This document shows, piece after piece, positions 47,420-60,225 of a stretch of 64,000 bases of DNA. Each line of letters opens with the position of its first letter. The first letter of the stretch is position 1. This DNA comes from Protoeuglena noctilucae (Eukaryota): the NCBI GenBank assembly GCA_958009085.1, contig OY253678.1:558001-622000 (forward strand), in the 5' to 3' direction. The notes under the pieces are model-generated. The model ran no database searches, was not told the DNA's origin, and was given only the letters and a program-made list of their open reading frames with translations. The position numbers and the translations under genes were made by a program.

Positions 47420-47711
47420 TCACAGACTCTCCTTTCCTTGAAAAAGGCCCTGCACGGAGCCCTGCGTCGCCCGCCTGGGCTATCCCACCCACCAAGGTTG
47501 GGGGAGGAAGTAACGAGCCGTCTGTGGGTGTCCGGGGCTTCTTTGGCGGGCCTCCTGCGGGCACAGGTCGCCGGTGGGGCCGGGGCCCTCGACGCGGGGG
47601 ATGTCGAGCCAGCGGACCATGTGAGACGTGCACGTGCTGGTTGTGCGACTCACGTATGACCGGCCAGGGGCGCTGTATATCGCTGTGCGGCCCGAGCGAG
47701 GCCAATGACAT
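47420..47711 (-). CDS. Candidate spliced microprotein (about 49 aa)
   Basis: gccATG at 47711, a strong GTGAGT donor at 47653 and a cccgcag acceptor before 47554. Reads MSLASLGPHSDIQRPWPVIRGPPKKPRTPTDGSLLPPPTL|GLFQGKESL*. The second intron (43 nt) is doubtful. Confidence 0.3.
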
Positions 47712-47821
47712 GGCGCGTGGAAGGACGCCCCCGCGACTCCCCAACGGACGGACCCGCCCTCGCTTGCGCGGGTCGTTCAGATTAATGCAATCGCAACTGC
47801 TACGGCCCCGATTCTGACAGG

Positions 47822-49626
47822 ATGACGCCTCGCGGGCGCTCGCAGACACGCAAATGTGGGACCCGCGTCGGTGTGGGGCGGCGTGCGGGGGAACGAGCGG
47901 TCCTTTTCTCTTATCGAGGAGAAGCGTCGGGTATTAAAGCAACTTGTCGTCTCGACAAAGAAGTTCAAGGTGCGGAGAGCGAGTGGGCGAGGGTCCCTTG
48001 CCTCGGACGCCTCGGATGCGCGTGTTCAGCGATGAACCAAGACCCGGCCGCCGGAGCATGGCAGCATCTTTATGTCCTCTTCGCTGCGCCTGACCTGTCG
48101 GGCAACCTCGCCCATCCGCAGACCTTCTTCCTCACGAACCCGCTGGCCGACCAGCTGTTGACCCAGCTATTGCTCTATATGACGGCCAAGCTGCAGTGGC
48201 AGGGCGTGGAGCACATCAGCGCCAAGGCCCGCCTGCTCAGCGACCCGCAAAAGGCAAGCGTGGGGCTGCATGCTGCGAATGTGAGCCTGTCTGGACATTT
48301 CGCTCAGTCTGCGACTCTGAGCATCGATTTGCATTTCCCTGCGCAGGCGGAGGAGGCTCGCAACATTGTGTCTGGTCGCAATTCGATGGACTTCAAGCGC
48401 GAGATGCAGGAGGCTCTCACGCGGGTGGCGCCCGTGTACGCGCACATCGTCATGCAGTGCAGCGACCACAGCAACATCCACCGCGACCGAGTCTTCTTCG
48501 AGTCCCTCTACGAGGCTACCGCGCACACGATCTTGTTCTCGCTCCAGGGCCTCGTGGCAGGATGTGAGTCACTTCATGTGCTGCCACGAACCCTGCCGCT
48601 GCGTACGTGAGGTGCCGTTTGTCGCGTGAGAGCTGCCGTCCCGCGTTTCGCAGCTTCGGATGTGCTGGGGAATTTCATCAACGTGGACCTGGGTCGCTTC
48701 TTTCGCACCGACTACTACAACATTAACCTGCGCCGTTCCAAGGGGGAGAAGATGGTGGACATTCTCACCGTCAGCGAGCTCTACGAGCTGCGGCATCTCG
48801 ACGACCAGCAGGAGGCGAGGGCACTCGCTGTCACGACGCTGCGTGACCGCCCAGACGCGGACGTAGGACGGGATGCTGTCCCACTCGGGGGATGCTCTCC
48901 TAGCACTTGCAACCGACGGCTGCGTCTCCCGAGGTGCCTCGCAGATGTCGGCCGAGCTCCTCGCGTCCCTGCACGACCGGACCAAGGAGACGGGCCTGCA
49001 CGACTCGTACGGGGCGACGTCCGGCACCATTTCCAAGCTCCTCAACCGGACGCAGGTTAAGGCGCAGGGAGCACTCCCAGGGCGGCACTTTGAAAAGACT
49101 CTCATGGAGCTGCACCTGGAGCCACCACCTCCCGATCCCAGCAAGGTGCGCCGTGCTAGTGCAGCACAGCGGGGCACGCGGCGTGTCATTGTGGCGCATT
49201 TTGCGCTCGCCTGTAAGCGCCGTGACCCGTGGGCGCCGTGCAGCTGGCCGACCTTACTGCAAAGCCGCCCGTTTCCATCCACAGAATTCAAACGTGGTCC
49301 CCGGCGCGAGTGCCTCGGACCTACGCTTCCTGGAGGACCTCCGGATGCAGCTTCTGGGGCGCATGCGGCCGGGCGGGGGCGTGCGTACCACGCGCATGTC
49401 CATGGCGGCCTCGATGGTGGATCCCTCCACGCTGCGGCCCTCCCTCGCGGGGACAATGGCCAGCGGGGACGTCGCGACGGGCGGACACGGGGCGGACGGG
49501 CGGTCGGAGGCCAGCGAGGACTCGCCGCTCAGGAATAGTGGCAAACGGGGGCTCAACACGGCCCCTGGTCCCAAGCGCGGCATGATGAGCCGCATCCGGG
49601 CCATTGCTGACCAGATGCCCGATTGA
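47822..49626 (+). CDS. PPP1R36-like protein (protein phosphatase 1 regulatory subunit 36 family)
   Basis: VYAHIVMQCSD...DRVFFESLYE...INVDLGRFFRTDYYNINLRR resembles the PPP1R36 motif DxxFFESxY...GRLFRTxxFN. The start is ATG 47822 or 48032. Confidence 0.6.
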
Positions 49627-50080
49627 GAGGCGCGGGCCATGGGTTGCGTGCGCGTGTGAGGTGTGAAACCAGAGTGTGTAGGTGATCCATGAGCCAGGGG
49701 GCGCGCCATTTCGCTGAGCGGCTTTGTTCCACGCGTCGTGTTATGCCGGCAGCTGGCTACGCTTGGCGATTCTCGTCTCCATAGCCCAGGCGCCGTTTGT
49801 GGTCTATGCATTCTCCCTCTTCCCGCCTTGCAACGGGCGCCCCTGTTACTGTTACCAAAGCCACTGTGGCACTCCAGCCTTCAAGCACCCTCACTGGATG
49901 CCCTACACCCACCAGGCACGGTCCTGCCCACCAAGCCCCCTGCCCAGCACTCCCTGCCCACAAGGCAGCCATACCAGCCCCTAAGCGCCGACTACCCATT
50001 CGAGTCAAGAGTTCCCCGCACCCCATGACCTCACTCCCCTCGTAGCCAACACCTCCCATTGTCAGTCAACCGCGTCTCCC

Positions 50081-52319
50081 TCAGATCCCCGCCTCCTTCA
50101 GAATCTGCTCCAGCATTTCCTCGTTATCGTACGCGATCTCCTGGATGTCGTGGTTGAAGTGCCGCTCGATCTCGTCGAGCCGGGACCGCTCCACGTCATC
50201 GGCATACAAATTGAAGGCGCAGCCCCTGCGCCCGAAGCGCCCCGAGCGCCCGATGCGGTGGAGGTACGTCTCGAAGTCGACCTTGCTGCCCTGCCTGTCC
50301 GTCGGGACGTGGAAGTTGATGACCAGCGAAATTGTTTCGAGGTCGAACCCGCGTGCCAGCACGTCCGTCGCGATCAGCACCTGCGGCCATCGAAAAGCAA
50401 CAGAAGCGTCACCCGCCGCCCGCTCCTCGCCACTTGCTTGCCACGTGCGCCGCAAGCTGCGCTCCCCAAGCGACACTGGGTCAGTGCACGCATGTGCTGC
50501 CATGGTTCTCGCCTTGGTCTTCCCCTCCCGGAACTCCTCCACTACCCGATCGCGCTGCTCCTTCTCGAGGTCCCCGGAGATGTTGGTGACGCTGTAGCCC
50601 TCCTTCCGCAGGGCCTCGGCAAGCTGGGAGGCCGCCGACTTGTACTTGACAAACACGATGGTCTGAAGGAGAGGGCCAACAGGGGGCGGGGCGGTCAGGG
50701 CCGGCTGGCAGGTGCGATGCAACCACAGATGGGAGGCGAAGAGCTCGAGAATCCACGAACAAGCCAGGCCAGCAGTGAGCGATGAAGCCTGCGACTGCTG
50801 GGTATGGCACATTGCACGGGGCTGCGCACCTGGCAGAGCTTCTGCGCGAGAGAGAAGGCGTCCTGGAGGAACTGGATCTTCCCCTTGTCGCCGTGGCACT
50901 TGACGCGGTACTGCTTGATCACGTCCAGCGACAGCTTCTCACGGGGAATGAAGACGTTGTTGGCGCCCGGAGCCACCTTGACGGCAAACGCCTTGACCTT
51001 CTCATCGAACGTGGCCGAGAAGAGCAGGATCTGCACGTCCGGTACGCGCCTGCGCAAGAGCGGAGGGCAGGGGGGCACGCATGGAGCAACCGCGGGGCAC
51101 TCGAGACAACTCTTGCACTCCAGCCAGCCGGCGTGGCCTGTGCGGCGCAGCGGTGCCTCCCGCACCTGCGGATATCGTTGATGAGTCGCATCGAGTCGTC
51201 TCCGAAGCCGTCCCTGGCCAGCATCTCGTCGGCCTCGTCAAACACCAGGATGCGCATCCCGTCGACAGGCAGGATGCGGTTCCTCCCCATCCAGTTCTTG
51301 ATCGTCCCGTGCGTGCCGATCACGATCTGGTCGGAGATGGCGTCGTACCGCCTGCCCACCGTGTCGGCCGTGCTGGCAATCTGGATCGACGTGTGCTTGC
51401 CCATCTGCGCCACTACCCGCACGTTCTGGACCACCAGCTCCCGCGTCGGGCACATGCACAGCGCCTGGGGAACGCGCATCTTCGGGTCCACGCGGGAGAG
51501 CATGGCCAGCGCAAAGCACGTCGTCTTGCCGGACCCGTTGTGCGCCTGGGCAATCATCGATCGGAAGGGCGGCCGCAGGATCATCGGGAGCGTCTTGGCC
51601 TGGATCTTCGAGGGCCGCTCAAACTTCATCTCCTGGTAGATGCCCTGCAACAGCTCTGGGGACAGCCCCAGGTCCTCGAACCGCTCCGCCGCCCGGTAAA
51701 TGTCGCCCTCATCTGTCGTAGACACCTGGACCTCCGCCTCCACCTCCCGCAGCCCCGGGACCTTGAGCGACAGATCCGGCTCGTCCACGTCGTCCGTGCC
51801 ATGCTCACCCAGCTGCAAGGGGCGCCGCACACAGATCAGAGAGGGCAGCGGAGCAGCACCGAGCCCTCGGCAGCAGGCTCCGCACCTGGCTCTTCTCCAG
51901 CAACTTGGCCACGTCCGATGCCTTCACCGCGGGGTCTTGCGAGCCCTGGGGGGGGTCGTCCTCCGTCATGTCCGCCCATGACTGTGGGCACGGCGTCCCA
52001 GTGCGCGATTCGGGGGCGGGAGCGGTGGGGTCTCGTTGACCATGTCGTACATGCCGGCGAGAATATCACGAGGTGGGAGCGGGAGGCAGCGGCATCGGCG
52101 GGACTGACAAATGCGACCGGCGGCGCCGTCGAAGCCGGCCAGCCAGCGCTGTGGTCCCAACACTGCTGTCCCGCGACAGGGGAGCGACAAGACACGACTG
52201 AGAAATCATACTGACGGGCATGCCATCTGCCTGGCGCCGGGATCGCGCCAGCCGGGCCCTGCAGACGTCGAACATGAAAAACAGCGTGCGGCGTCGTTCA
52301 TTACCTCCTTGGCCGCCAT
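50081..52319 (-). CDS. DBP5: DEAD-box RNA helicase DBP5/DDX19 (plant RH38/LOS4), mRNA export
   Basis: [72 protein letters not shown]. The first micro-exon MAAKE at 52305-52319 is inferred. Confidence 0.95.
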
Positions 52320-52720
52320 GGCGGTTTGTCCGATGCCACTGCCGCAGAGGGCGCTCAGTCAGATCCTCGGGGCCCAGGAGCAAAGGCCAGCCTCTCTGCG
52401 GGGGCTGCCACCGTGCTTCGGCAGAAAAATGCGATTCAGAAGTGCCGCGGAGACGCTGGTGTTCGAGGGGACTGCCCGAAGAACTCTGTGCGTCCACCGC
52501 CGCGCTGGGCAGAGACCTGAAACCAGCCCAGCGGCGGGCTGGCCCTGACGCAGGGCCCCACCCAGCTCAGGCACTAAATCGGGGCTCCCGTTCCACACGC
52601 GCGCGACATCTTCTTATCATCAGAACTGCGTCGTTGGACGCGCCGCATGCGCTAGGGCCGCTCATCCGGGGAGCGAGTTGTGGAAGCCCGAGAGCGATGC
52701 GCTGACCAGCTAAGGGAAAG

Positions 52721-55700
52721 ATGGCGGGCTCGAAGAGAAACGTGGGACGGGAGAGGGAGGATCGCGGCCTGCGCGCCATCGTAGAGTCGCTCTCCGGCGC
52801 CGTGAAGCGGCAGGACAGCCCAGCACTCCTGGAGGCGCTCCAGGTGCCCGATGGGTCGCCTTTCCTCGCACCCAATCAACGGCGTCCGTAGCACTTGCTT
52901 ATCTTGTTGCCGCACGTCGGTCCACGGACCGCCGGGAGGCCTCGGCCCGCGGCCCGGACCCCAAGGAACTCAAACTGTCCCGACGCTCGCTGCGCCTGTT
53001 GTTGAGGCCTGGGCGGATGGGACACGGCTGGCCAGATGGGGTGCCGTCGGGGCATCATCGCGGCAGCCCCCGCGCGTCTGCCACTGCGCCGGCGCGCTTG
53101 CGATGGGCGTGCGTCGACTTTGCCCGTGCAATGCCGCGCGCATGGACGCGTTTTCCCCCCTCCTCCCGCCGCAGCGCGCCCACGACGTACTGGAAGGGGC
53201 GCAGCAACAGGACACTGGCATGAAGCATGCCACCAGCGCCCTGGCCAAGGCTGTTGTTGACCTGGGGCTCCTGCAGACCCAGGTGCGTCGGCGACCCGGC
53301 ACCCGGCCCCTCGTCGATGCCTTGCGGGGCTTCAGTTGCGCTGAAACCACGCAATGCCGTCCCCGCCCCCGCAGGACCGCCTTCCGCGGGCCTACCTGGC
53401 GTCCTGCCTGGCGTACGTTTTGAAAGTCCACGCGCCCGAGTCCCCTTTCTCCGACTCCCAGCTCCGCGACGTCTTCGCGCTCATCCTCCGATCGCTGCAG
53501 ACGGACTTGCAGGACCGCGCCGGGTGCGTGCCGGCTGCCTGCCGCCCGTTCTCGTCGCCGCCCCGCCCTCCCGCGCCCACCCTCGCTTCGCGTCCCCCCC
53601 CCGCAGCCGCGCCTTCCCCGTGGCCCTCGGGTGCCTGACGACGCTCGCGCAGGTCAAATGCTGCCTGCTCCTGCTCGATCTCGAGTCCGACGAGCTGCTG
53701 GTCGACTACGTGCGGGAGCTCACCCGCGTGGTGAATGAGCACAACAGCGGGCACCTGCCCGCGACCGTCGTGGCCGTCCTCGTCCCGCTCATCGAGGAGT
53801 CCGAGGGCCTTTCCCAGGAGCTGACGGAGGCGCTGTTGGGGCCACTTGTCCCTCCCCTCGCGACGCGCGGTGCGTGATGGCACGTGCACCGCCCCATTCA
53901 ATCGCACCTCCCCAGCCGCGCGGCCCTTCAACGCCCCCCTCCTCTCGCCCGCTCTCAGAGTCCGCGGCGGTCGTGAAGGACGTGCTGTATGGCGTGGCAA
54001 ACCCGGACGCCCACGCCTCGCTCCTTCATTACGTCATGGAGGCGCTGCAGGGCACGGCGGGCCCCGGCGAACTGTCCAACCAGGCGCATGCCCTGGCCGC
54101 GCATCTGTACCGCGCCGCGCCCCAGAGCATGCTGCCGGCCCTGGCGGCCCTGGCGAGCGAGGCAGTGGCAGAGGATGAGGGGCGCCGGGCCCAGGCCGTG
54201 GACGCGCTGGGCGGCGTGCTGATGGACCCGACGTGCCGCGCGAGCTCCGACGCCCCGCATGTGCTGGCGGCGCTGCTGGGGCGCGCCGTGGACGCCAGCG
54301 TGGGCGTGCGGGAGCGCGTCGTGCGGTGGTGCGGCCGGGGTCTGCGGGACCTGCCGGACGGCCCGGCGCACGCGAGCGTCGCCGAGGCCGTGCGGACGCG
54401 GCTACTGGACCAGGAGGATTCCGTGCGGCTGGCGGCGGTGCAGGCAGCGCTGGCGGCGGCTGCCGCGCGTCCAGGGCTCCTGGCATCCCAAGGCGCCCTG
54501 CTGGAGGCCCTGCTGGACCGCACCCGCGACAAGCGCCCCGCCGTGCGCGCCGAGGCCTGCCGCGGCCTGGCCGCCGCGTTCCAGGGCGCCGTGCGGGCCG
54601 CCGAGCCGGGCCCGGCAGATGCCCTGGGACCCTTGGCCCGCGTCCCGGCGCGCCTCGTGGCCTGCGCGGCGCTGGACCCCGAGCTCCGCGGGCACCCCTC
54701 GCTCGAGCCTCTGCTCACGGGGGAGGCTCTGCTGCCGCCCGACCTCCCCGTCTCGGAGGCAGCAGCCGTTTGGGTCGAGGCGCACCGTGCTGCGGAGGAG
54801 CGGGATAGGACGGCGCTGCAGCACGTTCTGCAGGTCAAGGGCACCGTGAGACGCGAGGTCACGGCGCTGATGGACCTGAGGCGAGGAGCGCGTGCCCGTC
54901 ACACTGCCTTACTCGCGACATGGAGGGGTTCGAAGCCACGACGATGTGTCGTCGCGCACCCTGCCCCTCGGCCTTGCCGTGGACTGAATGGGTCGCTCAT
55001 GATTCCCCAGTCTCTACACCCCACCCGCAGGCGACAGTTCAAAGAGGCTCGCAAGGGCCAGGGCTTAGGCAGCATGGGTTCCCAAGACCTGGACCGCCGA
55101 CAGCGGGTGCGCGAGTTACTTGACGGCCTCCAGCAGCGCGTGAGGTCTCTGGCCAGGCTCACCTTCCACGACGTGCCTAAGGTGATGCAGAAGCGCCAGT
55201 GATGCGCGGCTCCGCTCTTCGCATTCACACGGCAAGGCTCGAGCGCCACACTAGCCACACTAACCCCGGTTGTGGCCTGGCTCCGCCAGCACAAACTCTC
55301 GCTACCTCTTCACTGTCGCCCAGTTTATACCATGCACCGCTGACAGCTCAGCGACCTGAGCCCTCCCATCTTTCGGTGCGCCCTCGCAGGCAGAGCAGGC
55401 CTTGCAGCGCCTGGTGGACCACCGCGACAACAGCCTCTTTGCCGCTCTGAGGCGTCTCTGCCGGGCCGCTGCCACCGTGGAGGACGCGCGGGCGGCGGCC
55501 GCCGAGGTCCAGCAGCGGTTCGGCGGGGCGCGCTCGGCCGGCGCCGACGCCGTCCGGTCCCTCTGCGCGTACCTCCTGCCCGGCCCCGTGTCCCCCGCCG
55601 CCGTCGCCGCCCTCGCCGGCGTGGCCTCGGCCGCGGGTGCTGCCAGGGACGTGGCCGACGCGCTGGGCCTCTTGCGGGCCCTGAGTCAGGCGGCCCCGGA

Positions 55701-57341
55701 CCTGGTGGCGCCCCACGCGCCGCAGCTGTGCGCGGCGGCCGCGGCGCCGGGCGTCTCCGACGTGGCCCGGGAGCACACCCTGCGCCTGCTGTCCGCCCTG
55801 GCCTCCCGATCGCGAGCCGTGGCGCGGTGCCTGTCCGGCGAGGAGGCGAGCCCGGGGGGCTCCCAGGCCCACGACCCCGCGTCGCTCCGCGCGGGGCTCG
55901 CCGAGCTCTGCTGGTCGGGCGCGCCCAAGGTGGCCAAGTTCGCCGCGAGGGCGCTGGGACTCACGGCGTCGACCGCAGCGGAGTCGCAGGCCGCGTTGGA
56001 GGCCGCCGCGGCGACCGTGGCCCGAGAGGCCGTCGCTTCGAGGTGAGAGGCGCTCTGGTGGGGCGATGGTGGGGGTGTGGAGTGCTGCGTGAGTCGAAGA
56101 CACCTGCCACAACAGATCGATGGTTTTGCACAGCTTCATCTGCGTCCTTTCCACTGTTTCTCGCAGACCCGACTCGCGGCGGCTCCGCGCGGCCTTGGAG
56201 ACTCTCGGGGCGCTCGGCCCTCACTGCCCCGACCTNNNNNNNNNNNNNNNNNNNNNNNNNNNNNNNNNNNNNNNNNNNNNNNNNNNNNNNNNNNNNNNNN
56301 NNNNNNNNNNNNNNNNNNNNNNNNNNNNNNNNNNNNNNNNNNNNNNNNNNNNNNNNNNNNNNNNNNNNNNNNNNNNNNNNNNNNNNNNNNNNNNNNNNNN
56401 NNNNNNNNNNNNNNNNNNNNNNNNNNNNNNNNNNNCCCTGGTCTTTTCAGTGGCCCTGCTCGCCCACCACCCGGACCTGCCCGACATCGACGAACGGGAC
56501 TTGGCGGGGACGCTCCCGGCCGCGGCGGAGCTGGCTCCCTTCCAGGCCATGCTGGCGGCGCTCCTGGTGCCCCTGCTGTCGGCGGCGGAGGGCGTGCCTC
56601 CTGCAGGCAGCCTGCCCCTGGTGGTGCAGACGCTGCGGACGGTCAAGCGCACCGAGGACGCCCTTTCGCAGCGGGGGCGGGCCCGGGGACGCCACGCCGG
56701 CGGTGAGGCTCATGGCGGACGTGGGGCTGCTGGTGGCCCGGGGGGCCGCGGTCGCATTGGCCGGCGAAGCGGCCGTCGCTCAGGCGGGGCGGTTCCCCGG
56801 CACCGTGTCCGTGCCGCGGTCGCTGTTCCGCCCTCTGCCGTCGCCCGAGGAGGTCTTTCGGGACTACTCGCACCTGCCCAAGGGCACGACGGTGGCGGAG
56901 GAGGTGCGAGAGGCGGCAGCGGCGGTGGGGGAGGGGCGCGGGCGTCGGCGGGCACCGCGGGCGTCTGGGCGTGCGGGCGGGAAGACGCATCGGCGGAAGC
57001 GGGACGCGAGGCAGCCGGGGGAGGGGCGGGGGGCCGGCCGGGGCGGGCGGGCGAGGGCGCGCGGGAGGGGGGTTGACAGCGAGGACAGCGAGGGGAGCGA
57101 GGGGGAGAGCCTGGCGACGGGAGACGACGAGGACGAGCTGCGGGCAGGCGCGGATGAGGCTGAGGCCGGGGGAGAAGCTGCACAGGGGTCGGCGGGGGAG
57201 GCGGGTCCCTCGCCTGGGTCGTCTCCGGCCCCGCCCAAGCGCGCCAAGTCCGTGAGGCAGCCGCTGGCGGCGACGAACGGGCGGGAGATGGTGGGTGTGA
57301 CTGTTGTGGCGAAGCGGAAGACCCGGGCAGCGGCTGGGTAG
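52721..57341 (+). CDS. PDS5: Sister chromatid cohesion protein PDS5, interrupted by an assembly gap
   Basis: YLASCLAYVLKVHAPESPFSDSQLRDVF, LAQVKCCLLLLDL, RLLDQEDSVRLAAV, RTRDKRPAVR and LLAHHPD. HEAT-like repeats and a basic/acidic tail. Confidence 0.9.
56236..56435. other. Assembly gap (200 N)
   Basis: A run of exactly 200 N inside PDS5, probably a placeholder length. Confidence 0.99.
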
Positions 57342-57662
57342 ATGCCCTCTGGCATTGCTGCCACCTCGCATTCGATTTGAAATAGGCCATGACGCGGGAG
57401 AACAGTGCGAGTTCTGCCAAAGCGCCAGGACCAGCCGGTCGGCTGCGTCGCGCAGGGAGCTGCTGCAGAGGCCCGCCTGCACTGCATGACGGTTAGGATT
57501 TGAGCGCGTGGAACGTTTCTTGCTGTGCAAAACCCCCAGCCCCGTCGGATCTAGATACAAAGTCATACCGGTGGCCTCTATTCACGCTTTCAATGCCTCC
57601 TCGACAGCCGCGCCCCACGGGGACAGGGGGACCCGCGCGGAACCGCGGAACGGGCCGGCGCG

Positions 57663-60013
57663 ATGGAGCTCCAGAGCCGCAGTCGGCCCAACTCGCTCAA
57701 GGGCAATGTCATCGACTCGGCGCTGCCGTACCGGCAGGCCCCGAGCAGTCACGAGGAGGGTCGCCTCACGCCCGACGTGGAGTTGCAGCCGCTGCAAGGT
57801 GCGAGGACGTTGCGCCGGCGTTTGTGGCACTGCAGCGCGAGAGTATGTCAAAGATGCTGCGGGCGTGCTGAGAGTGGCAGATTCCCTGCCATTTGCAGAT
57901 GGGCGGGAGAACAGCGGGGTGTGGGGCCTGCGGAAGCGATGGGCGTGGAACTGGCGCGCGCTGCTGATCGGCACGGCGGTCGGGGTCATCGTAGGGATCG
58001 GGATCGGCATCCAGGTTTCGATCGCGCAGGCCAAGACCGCGGGGGGACGCAGCTTCAACGTGGCTGTCATCGGCGACTGGGGAAGGCGTGGGGCATTCAA
58101 TCAGCTGCAGACGGCCGACGCCATGGGAGCTGCAGCAAGCAAGGTGATCCATGCCACATCCCGCAGTGGGCTTGATTGACTGGCGCTTGCTCTTCCCTCT
58201 CTCATCGGGCGTGCGGGTGGGCGTGACGGATTGCAAAAAACTGCCCCTGCCCGCCCGCTGCAGCATCCCGTGGACTTCGTCATCTCCACTGGCGACAACG
58301 TTTACCCCTCAGGCCTCTCGTGAGTCGCTGAGCCGGCATGCGTAGTCCAGGGGTGTCACGACGAACGGGTGGGGCGCGGCAGGCACGCAAGCAACGAGGT
58401 GCCGCACCTGGCCGCACGCGCAGAGGCCCCCACGATGTGAACGACTTCCAGGGCAGCTTCTCGAACATTTACACGGCGGCGTCCCTCAAGGTCCCCTGGC
58501 ACGCCATCCTTGGCAACCATGACTACGGCGACGGCGACCACTCGCAGTCCCCCAACTCGTGCACCCTGGTGAGCCGTGGCGGCGCGGGAGACGGCCCTGC
58601 TTCACCCACAATGTCACCCCCGCATGGCTCGCTGTGTCGGCCCTGCTCGGCTTGCTCCGACCTGCGCCTGTGACCCCCTGCAACATCCCCCATTGCTGGA
58701 GAGGCACGTGCACCACCGGTCGCGCCCGCAGTACGAGAACTCGTGCACCAACGTGGGGGAGTTAAATGAGTGCTGCTTCAAGCCCGAGCACGAGCTAGAC
58801 AGTCGTTACCGGACTGAGTCGTGGGGAGACGCCCGCTGGCACGCGTACCGGAGCTTCCAGCTGCAGCCCCAGGGCCGGACGGACGTGGAGTTCTTCTTCA
58901 TGGACACCGTGCCCTTCGTCACCAGCTACAAGGTGAGAGAGACAGGGGCAGGGCGAGCGGGTTTGGCGTCCACCGAGGGTGTGGTGTGGTGCGGACAGGT
59001 GGGTGATGGTTGGCAGAGAGGGGTAGAGCGGTGGCGACCTGCAGTGACGCCCGTGTGTATTTCGCACTCTGCCAGTTGCCAGCTGCCATTCGGTGCCAGT
59101 GCGATGCGTTGGTGCCATCTTCGCAGAGCACCCTGTGGTACGCTGGGAGCGGGGACTCTGGCCTCAACCACCAGAGCTGGCGGATGAACTTGATGGAGCT
59201 GGACAACGCGCTGGGCGCGTCGTCGGCCCGCTGGAAGATCGTCGTCGGCCACCACCCCGTTTACTCATACTCGAGCCACGGGTGAGCCAAGCAAAGCAGA
59301 GGCTACTACTACTACTCCCGGGGCATGGCGAGCGCCCGTTGATGCATGGCGGGGGTGGCAGCTGGGCAGTGACGCCAACAACAGGACACGCAACTCCTGC
59401 GTCGGCACCCTGCAGGCACACGAAGGAGCTGATCGACAACCTGGTCCCTGTGATGAAGAAGCACAAGGTTGCCCTGTACGTCAACGGGCACGACCACTGC
59501 ATGCAAGTCATCCGCAAGGACGGCATCACATACGTGACGAGCGGGGCGGGGTCCAAGGCGAGTGACACACATGAAGCGACGCGCGCACGTGTTGCCTGCA
59601 CCTGTCTCACCAGGGATGGATGCAGCTAGTGGCATGGAGCGTTTGAGCCGGTGCTACCAAACCCCGCGCTTCCGTCGACTGCGCAGATCACGCAGGGCTT
59701 CGTCAACCTGCCCACGGCGGACGGGAGCAGTCCCAGCGACGCCCTTCTCCTCTACGACAAGGTGGGGCGTTTACTCGATAATGCCATTCGCATGACCTGA
59801 GTGATGCATGGGGCGGCGTGCAAGTGGTCACCGGCTGCGTCTGCTGCCAGCGCACCGCGACCCAGGCCTGGGGTGATGCACCACGCGCCCTCTTTCGTGC
59901 CGCAGAATGGGTTTGCCCTCTTCCGTTTCGAAGGGTCCAACACCTTCTACGTGGACGTGTATGGCATTGAGCGACCCGAACCGGTCTACGTCCACACCGT
60001 GCCTCGTCCCTGA
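57663..60013 (+). CDS. Purple acid phosphatase (small TRAP/PAP17-type) with an N-terminal membrane anchor
   Basis: All five metal-ligand motifs are present: IGDWG, TGDNVY, LGNHDY, VVGHHP, NGHDH. Also TSGAGSK and a TM segment [20 protein letters not shown]. Confidence 0.93.
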
Positions 60014-60225
60014 TCGTGCAATTGCGAGACAGCGCAGGAGGGCGGGCCAGGGTGCCAGCTCGGCATCCGGCTGTAAGCGCCTCAATGTCGTCGTCGTTCT
60101 AGGAAACCAGTCAATACAGCAGGAGTCTTATCTACCGAAAGCAGCGTCGCAAGGCTGGGCGGAACCTCTCTTTGCCACGACAACACGCTTCTGCACTTAT
60201 CGCTTTTGATGCCGTCACCCAGGCG

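Noticed and set aside
51982..52304. Long first intron of DBP5 as an ncRNA host
   Set aside because: No C/D or H/ACA architecture that I can support. It may contain an extra exon instead.
56221..56450. Apparent truncation or frameshift of PDS5
   Set aside because: It coincides with the 200-N assembly gap, and the missing central exons are probably unsequenced.
11592..57341. Functional cluster of nuclear genes (NUP205, UBP26, RPA12, RPP30, DBP5, PDS5)
   Set aside because: They are interspersed with unrelated flagellar, secreted and metabolic genes. Housekeeping nuclear genes are common, so chance is sufficient.
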